Shown here: piece after piece, positions 9,101 through 17,228 of the stretch
Position numbering within the stretch: position 1 is the stretch's first letter
Layout: every line of letters begins with the position of its first letter
IMG/VR virus record: IMGVR_UViG_3300006920_000143
Span: 1-32,016 of that record
Direction: 5' to 3' (one strand)
DNA: 32,016 nucleotides
Source: a virus
Taxonomy: Duplodnaviria > Caudoviricetes
Program-made: the position numbers and the translations under genes
The notes under the pieces: generated by a model
Seen by the model: the letters and a program-made list of their open reading frames with translations, nothing else
Databases searched by the model: none
What the model was told of the DNA's origin: nothing

Positions 9101-10014
9101 CCTACAAGGTCGTGCCGCCTCTGGTCCGCACAGCATTAGAGACGCCTTGGCGCTACGCTGCTCCAGCTGGTGCCTTGTACACGGTCAACGCGCTAATGTA
9201 CGCTATGGCCGCGTCTCTTGGCGGCGGAGAAGATGAAGATTGGTGGACTGTGATTCGCCGGTATGTCACCGACCCTGAGTTTAGAAATCGCGTAAAAGAG
9301 TTCGAGTCTGAAGAGCGTAAAAACCTGCCAGATTGGATGAAGGGTTACAGTGCAACTCTCGGCACGCCGAAGGCGATCCGCCTTGGCATGGACGACGTGA
9401 CTAACCTCCCGTTGTTCCTTGACGTTAGCCGCGTATTCCCGGGCGGTGACTTGCTTGACGCGCATGCAAACGCTGGCGGCATCCCAATCCTGCAACCGAT
9501 AACGCCTAGTAATCCAATCCTTAATACGCTTGGCGTAATGCTCTGGAATAAAGATTCGTTCTTCGGTAAAGACATCGTTGACAAGTCAGACACCAGCGCA
9601 GAGGCCGGTCAAAAACGGGCCAAGTGGATGTGGCAGCAGTTCGCACCTGCGGTTGCAATCGGCAACTACCATTGGGACCGGGCGATGAACGTGATTGCCA
9701 ACACCACTGGCCAGTCTGTGCTTGGCTACACAGGTGTCGATAAAGGTGGCCTGCCAGTGCAACCGGGTTATGCCTTGGCAAACACGGTCGGCATCAAGAT
9801 CAAACCTGTTGACCTCGAGCTGTCTGAGGAGATCAGTAAGTCTGAGCGCAGCAAGCTGGTACGTGAGCTGGACATGAAGATCAAGCGCATCAATAGGCTT
9901 GAAGGGTCCGGCGCCGTAACAGAAGAAGCGGCAGAAAAAGAACGTGAGACGCTCCAAGAAAAGAAGAGCCGTCTCAAGGAAGGTTTAACCGTCGAAGGTA
10001 AAGAACCTAAATAA
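6199..10014 (+). CDS. Large polyvalent virion protein (1271 aa): ADP-ribosyltransferase-like domain, zeta-toxin-like P-loop domain and long helical C-terminal region (LPD38-like, unverified)
   Basis: TPEFKRFFKDSKVVDGNGEPLVVYRGT..YFT..AY L..GFDG..EYVVFEPTQI is typical of the ART domains of polyvalent proteins. AGGGGAGKS Walker A, IVYDGT and RAMKTGRTVP are zeta-like. AGGAG RBS at 6181-6185. Confidence 0.8.
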   Translation: MTCTYTFKRKDGSTEKIVGQPALKAFLVKGGLAEFLPARELPAFSKRQTETPEFKRFFKDSKVVDGNGEPLVVYRGTRTNVSKFDTTNGVYFTENTRAANIYAGESEGANVIPAYLNIANPYTAKDYGDIGVFTKDKIQRLKKEGFDGAVFTQTQEDGTPYTEYVVFEPTQIRSATSPDIRYQRREGDIGDALQDRVDNDFDALAEEYNNLKGTDGGKVLDADIARELSPEYRADRSRAAEVHEAVGNFIDKLYAKRVEEIGPNGVVAFMAGGGGAGKSSVQKFLGDRLNAADIVYDGTMSSYDSAKRRVQLALDAGHGVLISYVYRDPAEAVKNGVFPRAMKTGRTVPVAALVKGHAGSSEAIRKLQETFGDDPAFEIVAIDNSRGPDGAEVAPLASIPRVKVEGLKERLIDVTNEEYEAGRISGIISRTTLEGYTPGPGSTATKAAPTEGRRREGVQRRRELGGERDTVSFSQRGKETEGWILSRDELGRFRFGAGAKAYNLAANVANNVLDRIGLKPVSPELSRAMRKMKAEVERAQRLTVDVASKMKDLPEQERKMISDIIEGELKRGSKPAKHVLELAASIQSIMSEQSAELVRLGMLSPGAAGRWDGKYLPRFYEQKLGDEVKSWAKAAKALFGRQKTMQGIGGSSLKSRGMFENVPVEDLQDWLDEGWEVRDEAYDPATDEVVTVWRDYTRKERDDMGEIRDAMFRFVMGYNKSQRDIALGRLYENLAKDYASKKEQPGYIQVPTTKVEDTMARRYGKLAGKWVPAEIMDHLSGFDNSQQSELIKMYLKGLSMWKEGKTVLNPVSHANNVLSNLTMAHFAGVSYWDIGKYAGAIRDLVKNDPMVDEALDAGLFGGTFNRAELLNEMPEQLKALAQVSESRLKRGVDTVWNAMSWFVRKPAAKAYQAEDTFFRYLIYRDARKRGISVDDSVEFSQQFLFTYDDMPKTARALRDFALPFFAYTYKVVPPLVRTALETPWRYAAPAGALYTVNALMYAMAASLGGGEDEDWWTVIRRYVTDPEFRNRVKEFESEERKNLPDWMKGYSATLGTPKAIRLGMDDVTNLPLFLDVSRVFPGGDLLDAHANAGGIPILQPITPSNPILNTLGVMLWNKDSFFGKDIVDKSDTSAEAGQKRAKWMWQQFAPAVAIGNYHWDRAMNVIANTTGQSVLGYTGVDKGGLPVQPGYALANTVGIKIKPVDLELSEEISKSERSKLVRELDMKIKRINRLEGSGAVTEEAAEKERETLQEKKSRLKEGLTVEGKEPK

Positions 10015-10119
10015 TCAGTTATCGCTCATCAGATAAACCGCTGCGCATATTGCTGCGCAGAATACCCCGAGACCGACTAACGTCGAGCCTAAGATAAATA
10101 GAAGAACAAGGTAGTTCAT
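10015..10119 (-). CDS. Small membrane protein (34 aa), not in the ORF track
   Basis: MNYLVLLFILGSTLVGLGVFCAAICAAVYLMSDN; ATGA overlap with the upstream gene; one hydrophobic helix. Confidence 0.55.
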   Translation of the reverse strand: MNYLVLLFILGSTLVGLGVFCAAICAAVYLMSDN

Positions 10120-10382
10120 GATTGAGCTGCCAGTTCTTTTATCTTTGCTATTGTCATCCCAGTTGCATCGTGGATGGCAAGGATCGTAGCCGCTGAGATA
10201 GGAAGTATTTTATTTCGTATCCGACTAACTGTCGGCTCAAGAAGCCCAATCGCTTCAGCTAAGCCTGCATTGTTTTTCAGGTTGTAGGTTTCAATCAAGT
10301 AGTCAAACAGCACATGACTTCTGCTTGCAGACCTGCCTCTTTTCCCAAGAGGCGCGGTCATCTCTGCTGCTCGTATGATCAT
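10116..10382 (-). CDS. Cro/CI-type HTH DNA-binding protein (88 aa)
   Basis: LFDYLIETYNLKNNAGLAEAIGLLEPTVSRIR fits an HTH pattern; start placed at ATG 10382 by ATGA coupling. Confidence 0.7.
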   Translation of the reverse strand: MIIRAAEMTAPLGKRGRSASRSHVLFDYLIETYNLKNNAGLAEAIGLLEPTVSRIRNKILPISAATILAIHDATGMTIAKIKELAAQS

Positions 10383-10585
10383 CTCTTTTCTCCTGTAATT
10401 TTGTCTTTGATGCTGCGAGGGATGCGTGGCTTTGGACACCAGCCTAAACAATCATCAGTCCAATTACCCACGATCAGCACACCGCCGGGATTCAATAGCA
10501 GCAGGCTAACCGCACGCGGAGGTGGGTCAATATCAGGGTCTCTAAAATACAGCTGATCAGTTGTTACTTGAGCGATTTCGGTCAT
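10379..10585 (-). CDS. Hypothetical phage protein
   Basis: ORF in a tightly packed operon; PP..LLL.PGGVL.VG.W....LGW.P.P pattern. Confidence 0.6.
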   Translation of the reverse strand: MTEIAQVTTDQLYFRDPDIDPPPRAVSLLLLNPGGVLIVGNWTDDCLGWCPKPRIPRSIKDKITGEKR

Positions 10586-10763
10586 TGCGTCTTTCTATTA
10601 TCTTTTGCCAGCACTCTCCGCATTTCCAGCGGCGCGTTAATCCATCCCTGCTATGTACCCATTCGCCACCTGTACGCAGTGGCCGCCGCGAGGCGCAGTG
10701 GGTACAGAACCGCTCACCCGTAGACATGTCAACCGCGAGTGTCGTCTTTACTCTGTCCGTCAT
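10557..10763 (-). CDS. Small zinc-finger protein
   Basis: CTHC...CGEC pair. Confidence 0.6.
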   Translation of the reverse strand: MTDRVKTTLAVDMSTGERFCTHCASRRPLRTGGEWVHSRDGLTRRWKCGECWQKIIERRNDRNRSSNN

Positions 10764-11061
10764 TTTTTACCCAATATTTAATCTCAACAATCTGCGCACA
10801 CTCACGCAGCTTTGATACGTTCGTGCGCTTCATTACCTCTAGCGCAATGGCAACGAAGGTCTCAATCTCTGCACGCTCTTCGTCACCCCATCCAATCAGC
10901 TCAGCAACACAGGTTTTAAGCCGCTCGTCTTTTAGCTTGGAGATCGCTTCAACTAAATACTCGAGCTCCTCATGAGGCAGTGCCGCACGCTCGTGCAATA
11001 GCTGCTTCATGCGGTTCGCATAAGCTGCAACAAAATCCCCGTCTGGTCTGATGCGTCTCAT
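10729..11061 (-). CDS. Hypothetical protein
   Basis: 110 aa helical ORF, ATGA-coupled to the upstream gene. Confidence 0.6.
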   Translation of the reverse strand: MRRIRPDGDFVAAYANRMKQLLHERAALPHEELEYLVEAISKLKDERLKTCVAELIGWGDEERAEIETFVAIALEVMKRTNVSKLRECAQIVEIKYWVKNDGQSKDDTRG

Positions 11062-11252
11062 TTACCTACCCGGCAAGTTTTTAACCATGCAATAACATCG
11101 TCTTCCAGCCACAGCAGTCTGCCGCTGCCCGGTATTCTAAGCCTCGGTGGCAGTGACTCTGGCCGGCGTCTAGCATCAACCTTAATTGTTGCTGCGGTTC
11201 TACGCAATAGCGGTGATAGGTCTTCAGGTGTCAGAACTTTAGGTACACTCAT
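11058..11252 (-). CDS. AlpA/excisionase-like winged-HTH protein
   Basis: LTPEDLSPLL..TI......P..LPPRLRIPG..RLLWLEDDVIAWL pattern. Confidence 0.7.
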   Translation of the reverse strand: MSVPKVLTPEDLSPLLRRTAATIKVDARRRPESLPPRLRIPGSGRLLWLEDDVIAWLKTCRVGK

Positions 11253-11518
11253 CGGACAATTCCGCTAAGGCGGCCTGCAACAAGCTGCGCATAGCCGGCA
11301 ATATCCACCCACGAATCTGCATAGTCAGGATCGCCGTTTAGTATGCGGGCGATCTTATGAGCAATCATTTCAAGGGCCTCTCTTTGATCGCTATCCATCC
11401 TATTCCAACCTTCATGGACCTGCATCTCAAATTTGAGTTTCTGCGATATGCTTGCGTGGTTTTTAAACAGCCCGTAACGTAAGCCGCGCTCACTCAGAAT
11501 TGCATCTACGTCGCCCAT
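11249..11518 (-). CDS. DUF6378-like phage protein
   Basis: IL.ERG.RYG.F ... EALEMIAHKIARILNGDPDYADSWVDIAGYAQL is a common motif near phage polymerase genes. Confidence 0.7.
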   Translation of the reverse strand: MGDVDAILSERGLRYGLFKNHASISQKLKFEMQVHEGWNRMDSDQREALEMIAHKIARILNGDPDYADSWVDIAGYAQLVAGRLSGIVR

Positions 11519-13536
11519 CAGTCAATCTCCTTCATGTAATACTGCGTTTCAAATCCGTCACCGCGCAACGGTAAGCCGGGTGCCCATGAGACCGGTCGGC
11601 CCATCACTTCCTCGGCTGTCTTCACGTTCCTCGGTCCGTCAATCAATTCCTCCATGATGATCTCGTCATGCACGGTCGTGAGCTGGGTGTAACCTTCGTC
11701 ATCAAGTGCAAGCATTGACTCAGCAAGAAGGTCTCTTGCGATAGCCTGAGTAATATTTTCAACCAATTTTCCGCCGTAGGTCGAGAGTCTGGTCCACTGC
11801 TTTGTCTTCTGGTCCATTCCCTCGTATGTGAGAGACCCTGACCGCGCAACAGTAAAGCTCGTGCCGTCAGTCTTGTCTCGCTTCAGGTCCGCAGTCTCGA
11901 TGCGTGGCTTGGAGTACACCAGAGCGCGGCCTGACGGGAGATGGATCATCAGCATGCCCGACGTGTAGCTAAACTGCAGCTCGGCTTTACCGCCTGCCAC
12001 CTTCAGCACGCGCACTGTCTTGTTAAGCACGGCAGCCTTGGCCGCAGCCTCGCAGTCGTACCAAAACTCGACGACCTCCGGGTTGGCCGTACGCCATGCA
12101 ACCTTGATCGGCTCGAGCTCTTCCTCAGTAAGACCCATGTCCAAGGCGCCCATCGTGATCAATGCACCTGCTCCACCTTGGTAGCCTAGCGCCAGCTCCG
12201 CGACCTTGCCTTTGAACCGGTAAGGTGAACGCTTGTCTACACTACCGGGCGGCAGCTTGAACATCTGCTCAGCCGAAGCCTCATAGATTTTGCCGTGCGT
12301 ATTGAACACCTCGAGACGCCACTTGCACCAAGCCAGCCAAGCCACGACGCGGGCCTCGATGGCGCTGAAGTCAACGATCACAAGCTTATTCCCGGGCCGT
12401 GCAACAAACGCGGTCCTGATCAACTGCGACAGGGTGTCAGGCACGTTGCCGAATAGCATCTCAAGCTGGTTATACTTGCCGGCCTTGACCATCTGACGGG
12501 CAAGGTCGATATCGCGTAGCTTGTTCTGGGGCAGGTTCTGCACCTGCACGAGACGGCCAGCCCAACGACCGGTGCGGTTGGCGCCGTAGAACTGGGTCAG
12601 GCCCTTGACCGCATGGTCCTTGCAGACAGCACGCTCCATCGCTGCAAACTTCGAAACGCTCGTCTTGCCTAGTTCTTGGCGCAGCTTGAGCACCCGACGC
12701 ACAATCGCGCTGTCGGTTGCTTCGAGAATTTTAGGGACGTTCTTCTTAGTGATGTCGCTAATGTCTTCGCTTTCCTCAGCCTGCAACCAAGTAAGTAGCT
12801 GGTTGCGGCTGTTCGGATTAGATAAGCCAGTTAGCTGGACCGCCTCGGCGAGCATCCTCTCTTTAAAGATACCGTCGCACTCGATGGCATTCGTCACCAG
12901 CTTACGGTCAAGCATCAGACCGTAGGCGTTCATGCGCTGGTCAAGGGCCCACAGGCGCCACTCTTTTGCAGGGACTGGGAACTTGGCCAGCCTTGTGGCA
13001 ATCGCCCTCTCAGCGACCACGTCGCCGGCGCAGTAGTCTACGAACAGCTGCCACTTAGCCGGGTCGTGATGCGGCAGGTTGCGAGTGCGGCCACCGTTCT
13101 TAATCGTCGGCTTGCATGGCAGGCAAAAGTAACGGATCAACTGCCAGCCGATTGACTTCTTTTGCTGGTCGGCTGCAAGGCCCATGACCTTACCGACATC
13201 AGCAAGGTTGCCGGGCAGGCCGAGGTATAAAGCATGCACGCTAGTACAACGCCACTGCGTTGTGTCAAGTTGCATTTGAAAGTGGCAATTCAAACAGGTA
13301 ATCTCGAAGGCCGCGTTATAGGCAGCCTTAATGATAGCCGGGTCATTGATAGCCGAGACAACCCTTGCCGGCAACTTCTGTCCCATTGCCAGATCGACGA
13401 CGGTCACTGGCTCGTCGTCGAAGGCATAGGCAAACAGCATGACCTCGAAGTCATCCGACTCTGCGTACTTATGCACGCCGCACTTTTTCAAGTCAACGCT
13501 GCTATAAGTCTCAAGGTCAATGCGTAGGGTTGTCAC
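11518..13536 (-). CDS. polA: Family A DNA polymerase (APSE-1 P45-like) with 3'-5' exonuclease domain
   Basis: ExoI IDLETYS, YNAAFE, RTGRWAG..Q.QNLP, motif A DFSAIEARV, motif B RFKGKVAELALGY, motif C VHDEII. Confidence 0.95.
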   Translation of the reverse strand: MTTLRIDLETYSSVDLKKCGVHKYAESDDFEVMLFAYAFDDEPVTVVDLAMGQKLPARVVSAINDPAIIKAAYNAAFEITCLNCHFQMQLDTTQWRCTSVHALYLGLPGNLADVGKVMGLAADQQKKSIGWQLIRYFCLPCKPTIKNGGRTRNLPHHDPAKWQLFVDYCAGDVVAERAIATRLAKFPVPAKEWRLWALDQRMNAYGLMLDRKLVTNAIECDGIFKERMLAEAVQLTGLSNPNSRNQLLTWLQAEESEDISDITKKNVPKILEATDSAIVRRVLKLRQELGKTSVSKFAAMERAVCKDHAVKGLTQFYGANRTGRWAGRLVQVQNLPQNKLRDIDLARQMVKAGKYNQLEMLFGNVPDTLSQLIRTAFVARPGNKLVIVDFSAIEARVVAWLAWCKWRLEVFNTHGKIYEASAEQMFKLPPGSVDKRSPYRFKGKVAELALGYQGGAGALITMGALDMGLTEEELEPIKVAWRTANPEVVEFWYDCEAAAKAAVLNKTVRVLKVAGGKAELQFSYTSGMLMIHLPSGRALVYSKPRIETADLKRDKTDGTSFTVARSGSLTYEGMDQKTKQWTRLSTYGGKLVENITQAIARDLLAESMLALDDEGYTQLTTVHDEIIMEELIDGPRNVKTAEEVMGRPVSWAPGLPLRGDGFETQYYMKEID

Positions 13537-13694
13537 TCTGTCGGCTCCTCAACTAAAACTTGTGACTTATATTGCTCAAGTATCTCGAGGAACAAAGCGT
13601 CGCTCTGTTCGCGGGGCAACTTGTTCAACGCTTGCAGTACCAGCTCAACACCGGCCGGCACCATTTGGATACTGATAATTTGTGGTTTGGTCAT
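13533..13694 (-). CDS. Hypothetical protein (53 aa)
   Basis: MTKPQIISIQM...; ATGA and GTGA overlaps at both ends. Confidence 0.6.
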   Translation of the reverse strand: MTKPQIISIQMVPAGVELVLQALNKLPREQSDALFLEILEQYKSQVLVEEPTE

Positions 13695-13978
13695 CCGTTT
13701 TTCTCTTCTAAACGCTGGCGCGCGCAAGCTAACGCTTTGTCATTAATTTCAACACGCACGAAAGATTCTTCCGCGTAAATTATCTTTACCCCCCGCTCAG
13801 CATAAAAATTCACAAGCATAAGCAAGTAGTCGGCACTAATGTTTTGTAGAGCCCTTTCCAATCGAGGGAGCGCCTGTTTAGGCAAACGCAGGTGATTGGC
13901 TACCTCAGATTGGGTCCAGCCTGTTGCCGCTCGTGCTGTGCGTAAAGCGACTGCCAATTTACATCTTATTGGGTTCAT
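13691..13978 (-). CDS. XRE-family HTH transcriptional regulator
   Basis: LRTARAATGWTQSEVANHLRLPKQALPRLER; AAGGA RBS. Confidence 0.8.
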   Translation of the reverse strand: MNPIRCKLAVALRTARAATGWTQSEVANHLRLPKQALPRLERALQNISADYLLMLVNFYAERGVKIIYAEESFVRVEINDKALACARQRLEEKNG

Positions 13979-14001
13979 AAAAATCCTTTCTTTTTAAAAG
14001 T

Positions 14002-14083
14002 ACGGGGTCACCACGCTGAACGACGACCAGAAAGATGACGTGGCCCCCGCTGCCGGTGTTATGTGCGCCACCTCCGGCTGGGC
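14002..14083 (-). ncRNA. Candidate structured RNA (two hairpins) upstream of the XRE gene
   Basis: GCCGG...CCGGC stem followed by GCGGGG-GCCACG...CGUGGU-GA-CCCCGU stem and ACUUUU. Confidence 0.45.
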
Positions 14084-14089
14084 TATTCA

Positions 14090-14254
14090 TTAAGGACGTT
14101 TCCGAATTGCTTCGGCGCGACGTTTGTGTGTTGCGGCCAGCGTGGCCAAGTTGTACGGCACGACATAATCTTTGTATTCGCCGATAACCAAGCTTGCAGG
14201 TTGATCGAAAAATACACGGTCTTTAAACCATTTTGGTTCTTTAGTTTCTTGCAT
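14090..14254 (-). CDS. Hypothetical protein (54 aa)
   Basis: GGAG RBS at 14264-14261 before ATG 14254 (MQETKEPKWF...). Confidence 0.55.
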   Translation of the reverse strand: MQETKEPKWFKDRVFFDQPASLVIGEYKDYVVPYNLATLAATHKRRAEAIRKRP

Positions 14255-14276
14255 AGTGTTCTCCAATAAATTAGGT

Positions 14277-14344
14277 GGGGTACTCGCTGCGTCTGACTTC
14301 AAGACCTACGTTTTCGGCGTATCAGTCAGCATCCGCTTTCCCCC
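14277..14344 (-). ncRNA. Candidate structured RNA hairpin with bulged-G (loop E-like) motif
   Basis: GGGG-GAAA-GC-GGAUG-CUGACU...AGUCAG-ACGCA-GC-GAGUA-CCCC with inner UACG/CGUA stem. Confidence 0.5.
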
Positions 14345-14352
14345 GTGAAATA

Positions 14353-14904
14353 TTAAGCCATGAAGTCGTCTGCGACCGCAGTGAATACGCTCGCGGCGTC
14401 TACATTACCGCCTGACAAACGCTCGCCGTCTCTGACTTTCTGGATAGCGTCAAGGCCCGGAGAGATGCCCTTGTTCGTGCCACTGTTGTAGCCGTAGAAA
14501 GACACTTGCACGTTCGCGTAGCAACCCGAGTAGACCGTGTCAGGGTCAATCACCGGCTGCACGTTCTGATCAACTACTACCGGACGACGGTTGTAGTTCG
14601 TGCAACGCAGCAGGTACATGCCACGGTTCTCGGCGCCGGTGTATTTAAATTCACCGTCGTCGTTCTTCGTGTCACCGTCCAGCAAAGGCGACTTGATGCC
14701 GGTCTTGCCTACCTTCTGCGCGTCCTTCGCTTTGGCCGCGTCGATTGCAGCCTTGATGGCTGGCACCTGCGGGCTATTCTTAGGGATCAAAGCGGTCGTG
14801 CTCCAGCTGCGTCTGCCGTTGTCGCCAACTTTACCTTCGCCAAAGATGTACGCATATGAAAGGCGTGCATTGTTGAGGATAATTTTGTGTGCTTCTAATG
14901 CCAT
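14353..14904 (-). CDS. DUF2815-family ssDNA-binding protein
   Basis: RLSYAYIF, PLLDGD, RPVVVD, YSGCYANVQVSFYGY..NKGIS.GL..IQKVRDGERL and an acidic/aromatic C-terminus; sits between the polymerase and DUF2800 genes. Confidence 0.9.
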   Translation of the reverse strand: MALEAHKIILNNARLSYAYIFGEGKVGDNGRRSWSTTALIPKNSPQVPAIKAAIDAAKAKDAQKVGKTGIKSPLLDGDTKNDDGEFKYTGAENRGMYLLRCTNYNRRPVVVDQNVQPVIDPDTVYSGCYANVQVSFYGYNSGTNKGISPGLDAIQKVRDGERLSGGNVDAASVFTAVADDFMA

Positions 14905-14940
14905 GATTCGCTCCTAGCGTTTAAGTGCTGAGTTACCGAC

Positions 14941-16092
14941 TCAGCTACGGTCATCGGCAATCGCCGAAAATCCATGATTACTTTCTATTACTTCTCTCTT
15001 GTCTGCATTCGGCACCAGTACAGGCTTGCCGGTAGGCTTCTCAATCAAGTCGCCTAGCACTTCGTCAAATCGTTTCTTACCAAGGGCGGTGGCCATCGCG
15101 GTCAGGCCGAGTAAATTCCGCTCATAGATAGCCGCCTCTTTGAAGCCGTGTTCTTTCAACCTCTCGGCAACCAAGTCCTGACTCTTGTAACGCCGATTGC
15201 TACGACCCTCGACCAGCTTATAGCCGGGCACTGCGATACCCTTCTCGGCTTGCTTTAGTGCATAACTCTGCACATCAGACACCCACTTCGATACAGTCTC
15301 GCCGCGCTCAAGGACCATCGCTATCTGCTCAAGTGTCAGCACCTCCGGCTTAACCATCGAGAAGCTTTGCTGTGCTAAGGCAAGCGCCTGCTCACTACGC
15401 GCAGCGCACTGGAAACGTGCCTTGCAAAAGCACGAAGAGCAATGATCGCCTGCAACAAATTCACCTTCTCCAGCCCAAGCAAGTGCTGCCTTTGGCTTGA
15501 CTTCATTCTCAGCCCAAGAAAGCAGGTCATCGATTGCCAGCTCCTCGCTGCTATAGTTATCCAGTCTCGGCTGCAGGATGGTCATCCGTACGGACTTGAT
15601 GTCGTACAGTAACGAATTCTCGCTATAGGCCCCGAGGCCATACAAACGCATCTGGCTATTGCCCTCGGCGCCAACAAAGATACCCTTCCCGTATTTCAGG
15701 TCGAGCACCTCAACCAGATCATCAGCAACAATCACCAAGTCGCCGGTGCCGAAACCTTCAGGCACCCACTCGCTAAAATCCAGACGCTGCTCAACTAAAA
15801 TCCTCGGGTCCGAACAACGCTTGTAAGCTTCCTTGATTCGCTCAATGCCAAACTCGACAGCCTCCGTCACATAGTCGCGGAGCTCGGGCGTGTCAAAGTG
15901 CGAGTCCTCAAGCGGGTCAACTTCACGGCCGAGGAAGGTCAGCAGCTTTTGCTCAAAGACAGCATGCGCAAACGTGCCTTCCTTTGCAAACTCAGACTCG
16001 TCATCGGGGAAGTTCTCCTCGAGGCGGGCGCTAGGTGTGCAGGTCATCCACTTCTCAGACCCAGACGCAGACAGCTTTGCGTGTGCAGTCAT
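14941..16092 (-). CDS. DUF2800-family PD-(D/E)XK (Cas4-like) nuclease
   Basis: HAKLSAS...W..C.PS, EGT.AH, GFGTGD, VLDLKYGKG, N.QMRLY, C..C...C, PGYKLVEGRSNR. Confidence 0.9.
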   Translation of the reverse strand: MTAHAKLSASGSEKWMTCTPSARLEENFPDDESEFAKEGTFAHAVFEQKLLTFLGREVDPLEDSHFDTPELRDYVTEAVEFGIERIKEAYKRCSDPRILVEQRLDFSEWVPEGFGTGDLVIVADDLVEVLDLKYGKGIFVGAEGNSQMRLYGLGAYSENSLLYDIKSVRMTILQPRLDNYSSEELAIDDLLSWAENEVKPKAALAWAGEGEFVAGDHCSSCFCKARFQCAARSEQALALAQQSFSMVKPEVLTLEQIAMVLERGETVSKWVSDVQSYALKQAEKGIAVPGYKLVEGRSNRRYKSQDLVAERLKEHGFKEAAIYERNLLGLTAMATALGKKRFDEVLGDLIEKPTGKPVLVPNADKREVIESNHGFSAIADDRS

Positions 16093-16250
16093 TTGACTTT
16101 CCTTGCCAGTAGCATTGCGTCGGCCACGTCATAAGCCGCCATCGCAACGTCGATCTTAGGCGCCTCGTCACGGTAACCTAGCGGCACGAGTGCCTGCATG
16201 GCAAAGGCAGCAAAGATATCCCGCAGGTCCTGATCTTCTTTCTCGCTCAT
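16089..16250 (-). CDS. Small conserved phage protein (LRDxFAAxAM...AYxxADAML type)
   Basis: LRDIFAAFAMQAL...AYDVADAMLLAR; start at ATG 16250. Confidence 0.7.
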   Translation of the reverse strand: MSEKEDQDLRDIFAAFAMQALVPLGYRDEAPKIDVAMAAYDVADAMLLARKVK

Positions 16251-16384
16251 AACATCCCCTTGTAAATCATGCGTGCCCAGCCGGCGACTAAACCAAGCCA
16301 TATGCCAGCGGCAAACGCACTACCAAGCCAAACGACGGTGCCTACTATTAAGGCCGTGACGGCCTGAATGGTTGACTCTTTCAT
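16247..16384 (-). CDS. Small membrane protein (45 aa), not in the ORF track
   Basis: MKESTIQAVTALIVGTVVWLGSAFAAGIWLGLVAGWARMIYKGML; ATGA overlaps at both ends. Confidence 0.6.
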   Translation of the reverse strand: MKESTIQAVTALIVGTVVWLGSAFAAGIWLGLVAGWARMIYKGML

Positions 16385-16632
16385 CGCTTGATATCCGCGT
16401 CAGGTATGTACAGTTTCGGCGTTACGTCAACCGGCTCTTCAGGGTCCGTGGTTTTACCTTGGCCCCACTCAATCGCGGCTTTGTATATCTGGGCCATGTG
16501 CGAGTGAAGGAACAAGCCGATGATCGCAGCCGGTGTAACTTCACCGGTTGTCACTGCATCAGGCGGATCGATGTCGCCCGTTGTCTTTACTTCGCCGTCT
16601 TCATCCCAGACTACTACTGTAACTTTTGCCAT
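16381..16632 (-). CDS. Hypothetical protein
   Basis: 83 aa; TAATG coupling to the upstream gene. Confidence 0.6.
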   Translation of the reverse strand: MAKVTVVVWDEDGEVKTTGDIDPPDAVTTGEVTPAAIIGLFLHSHMAQIYKAAIEWGQGKTTDPEEPVDVTPKLYIPDADIKR

Positions 16633-17042
16633 TAGAGGGCCTCCGCTTTTTTTACAAAATCTTCGTATTCAATTTCGGCCAAACTGGTTAAATGCGATAC
16701 GCCAAAGCTGCCTAATAAATCTTTGACCTGATCTTTCTTGCCGGCCGAATTCACTACATGTATTCGCGCCCTAAGTTCTTCGAGGGTCATGAGCTTTGGA
16801 GGGGGCTCAGGTATTGGCTCCGGCTCGGGCTCAGGTGTTGGCTCCGGCTCCGGTATTGGCTCGGGCTCGGGCATCGGCGCAGGCTTCTTAACCTTAGCCG
16901 GTTTCTTAGGCTCGATTGGGTTGCTGCCAATAATCGCAGCGGAGCCCGGTTCTTCTTCGCGTGCAGCTGCCATCGCTTCAAGGTAGCGTGCAGTAGCGAT
17001 CATCTCAGCGGGTGAGAAGATAGTAAGTTCCAACTTAATCAT
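16632..17042 (-). CDS. Pro/Glu-linker protein typical upstream of DUF2800 genes
   Basis: (PE)n linker; C-terminal TLEELRA..GKKDQVKDLL..FGV..LTSL....Y pattern. Confidence 0.7.
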   Translation of the reverse strand: MIKLELTIFSPAEMIATARYLEAMAAAREEEPGSAAIIGSNPIEPKKPAKVKKPAPMPEPEPIPEPEPTPEPEPEPIPEPPPKLMTLEELRARIHVVNSAGKKDQVKDLLGSFGVSHLTSLAEIEYEDFVKKAEAL

Positions 17043-17060
17043 TTGCCATCCTTCTTATTA

Positions 17061-17228
17061 TTAGTCGTTTATGTTGCAGTCACAGTCGGGATACTGAATC
17101 ACCTCCGGTGGTGTGTCTAATACGTTCTGAAGCCTCTGCGCCAGCTCCGCTATTAACGGATTCGAGAAGTGCTTATCAGACTCTTCCAGCAGTTCTTCGG
17201 TAGTGAAAGTGCGGTAGCTTGCCTGCAT
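17061..17228 (-). CDS. Hypothetical protein (55 aa), not in the ORF track
   Basis: MQASYRTFTTEELL...LIAELAQRL...; TAATG coupling. Confidence 0.55.
   Translation of the reverse strand: MQASYRTFTTEELLEESDKHFSNPLIAELAQRLQNVLDTPPEVIQYPDCDCNIND

Noticed and set aside
10010-10045. Second CUGAUGA on the minus strand as a hammerhead
   Set aside because: No stem II or GAAA follows.
14045-14085. Twister ribozyme suggested by GAGG...UAACAC
   Set aside because: The P2 and pseudoknot pairings required for twister could not be formed.
14941-16092. cas4 as evidence of a CRISPR system
   Set aside because: Standard DUF2800 nuclease in the usual SSB/polymerase context.
16795-16875. Tandem GGCTCG/GGCTCC-type repeats
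   Set aside because: Explained by the Pro-Glu linker of the encoded protein.
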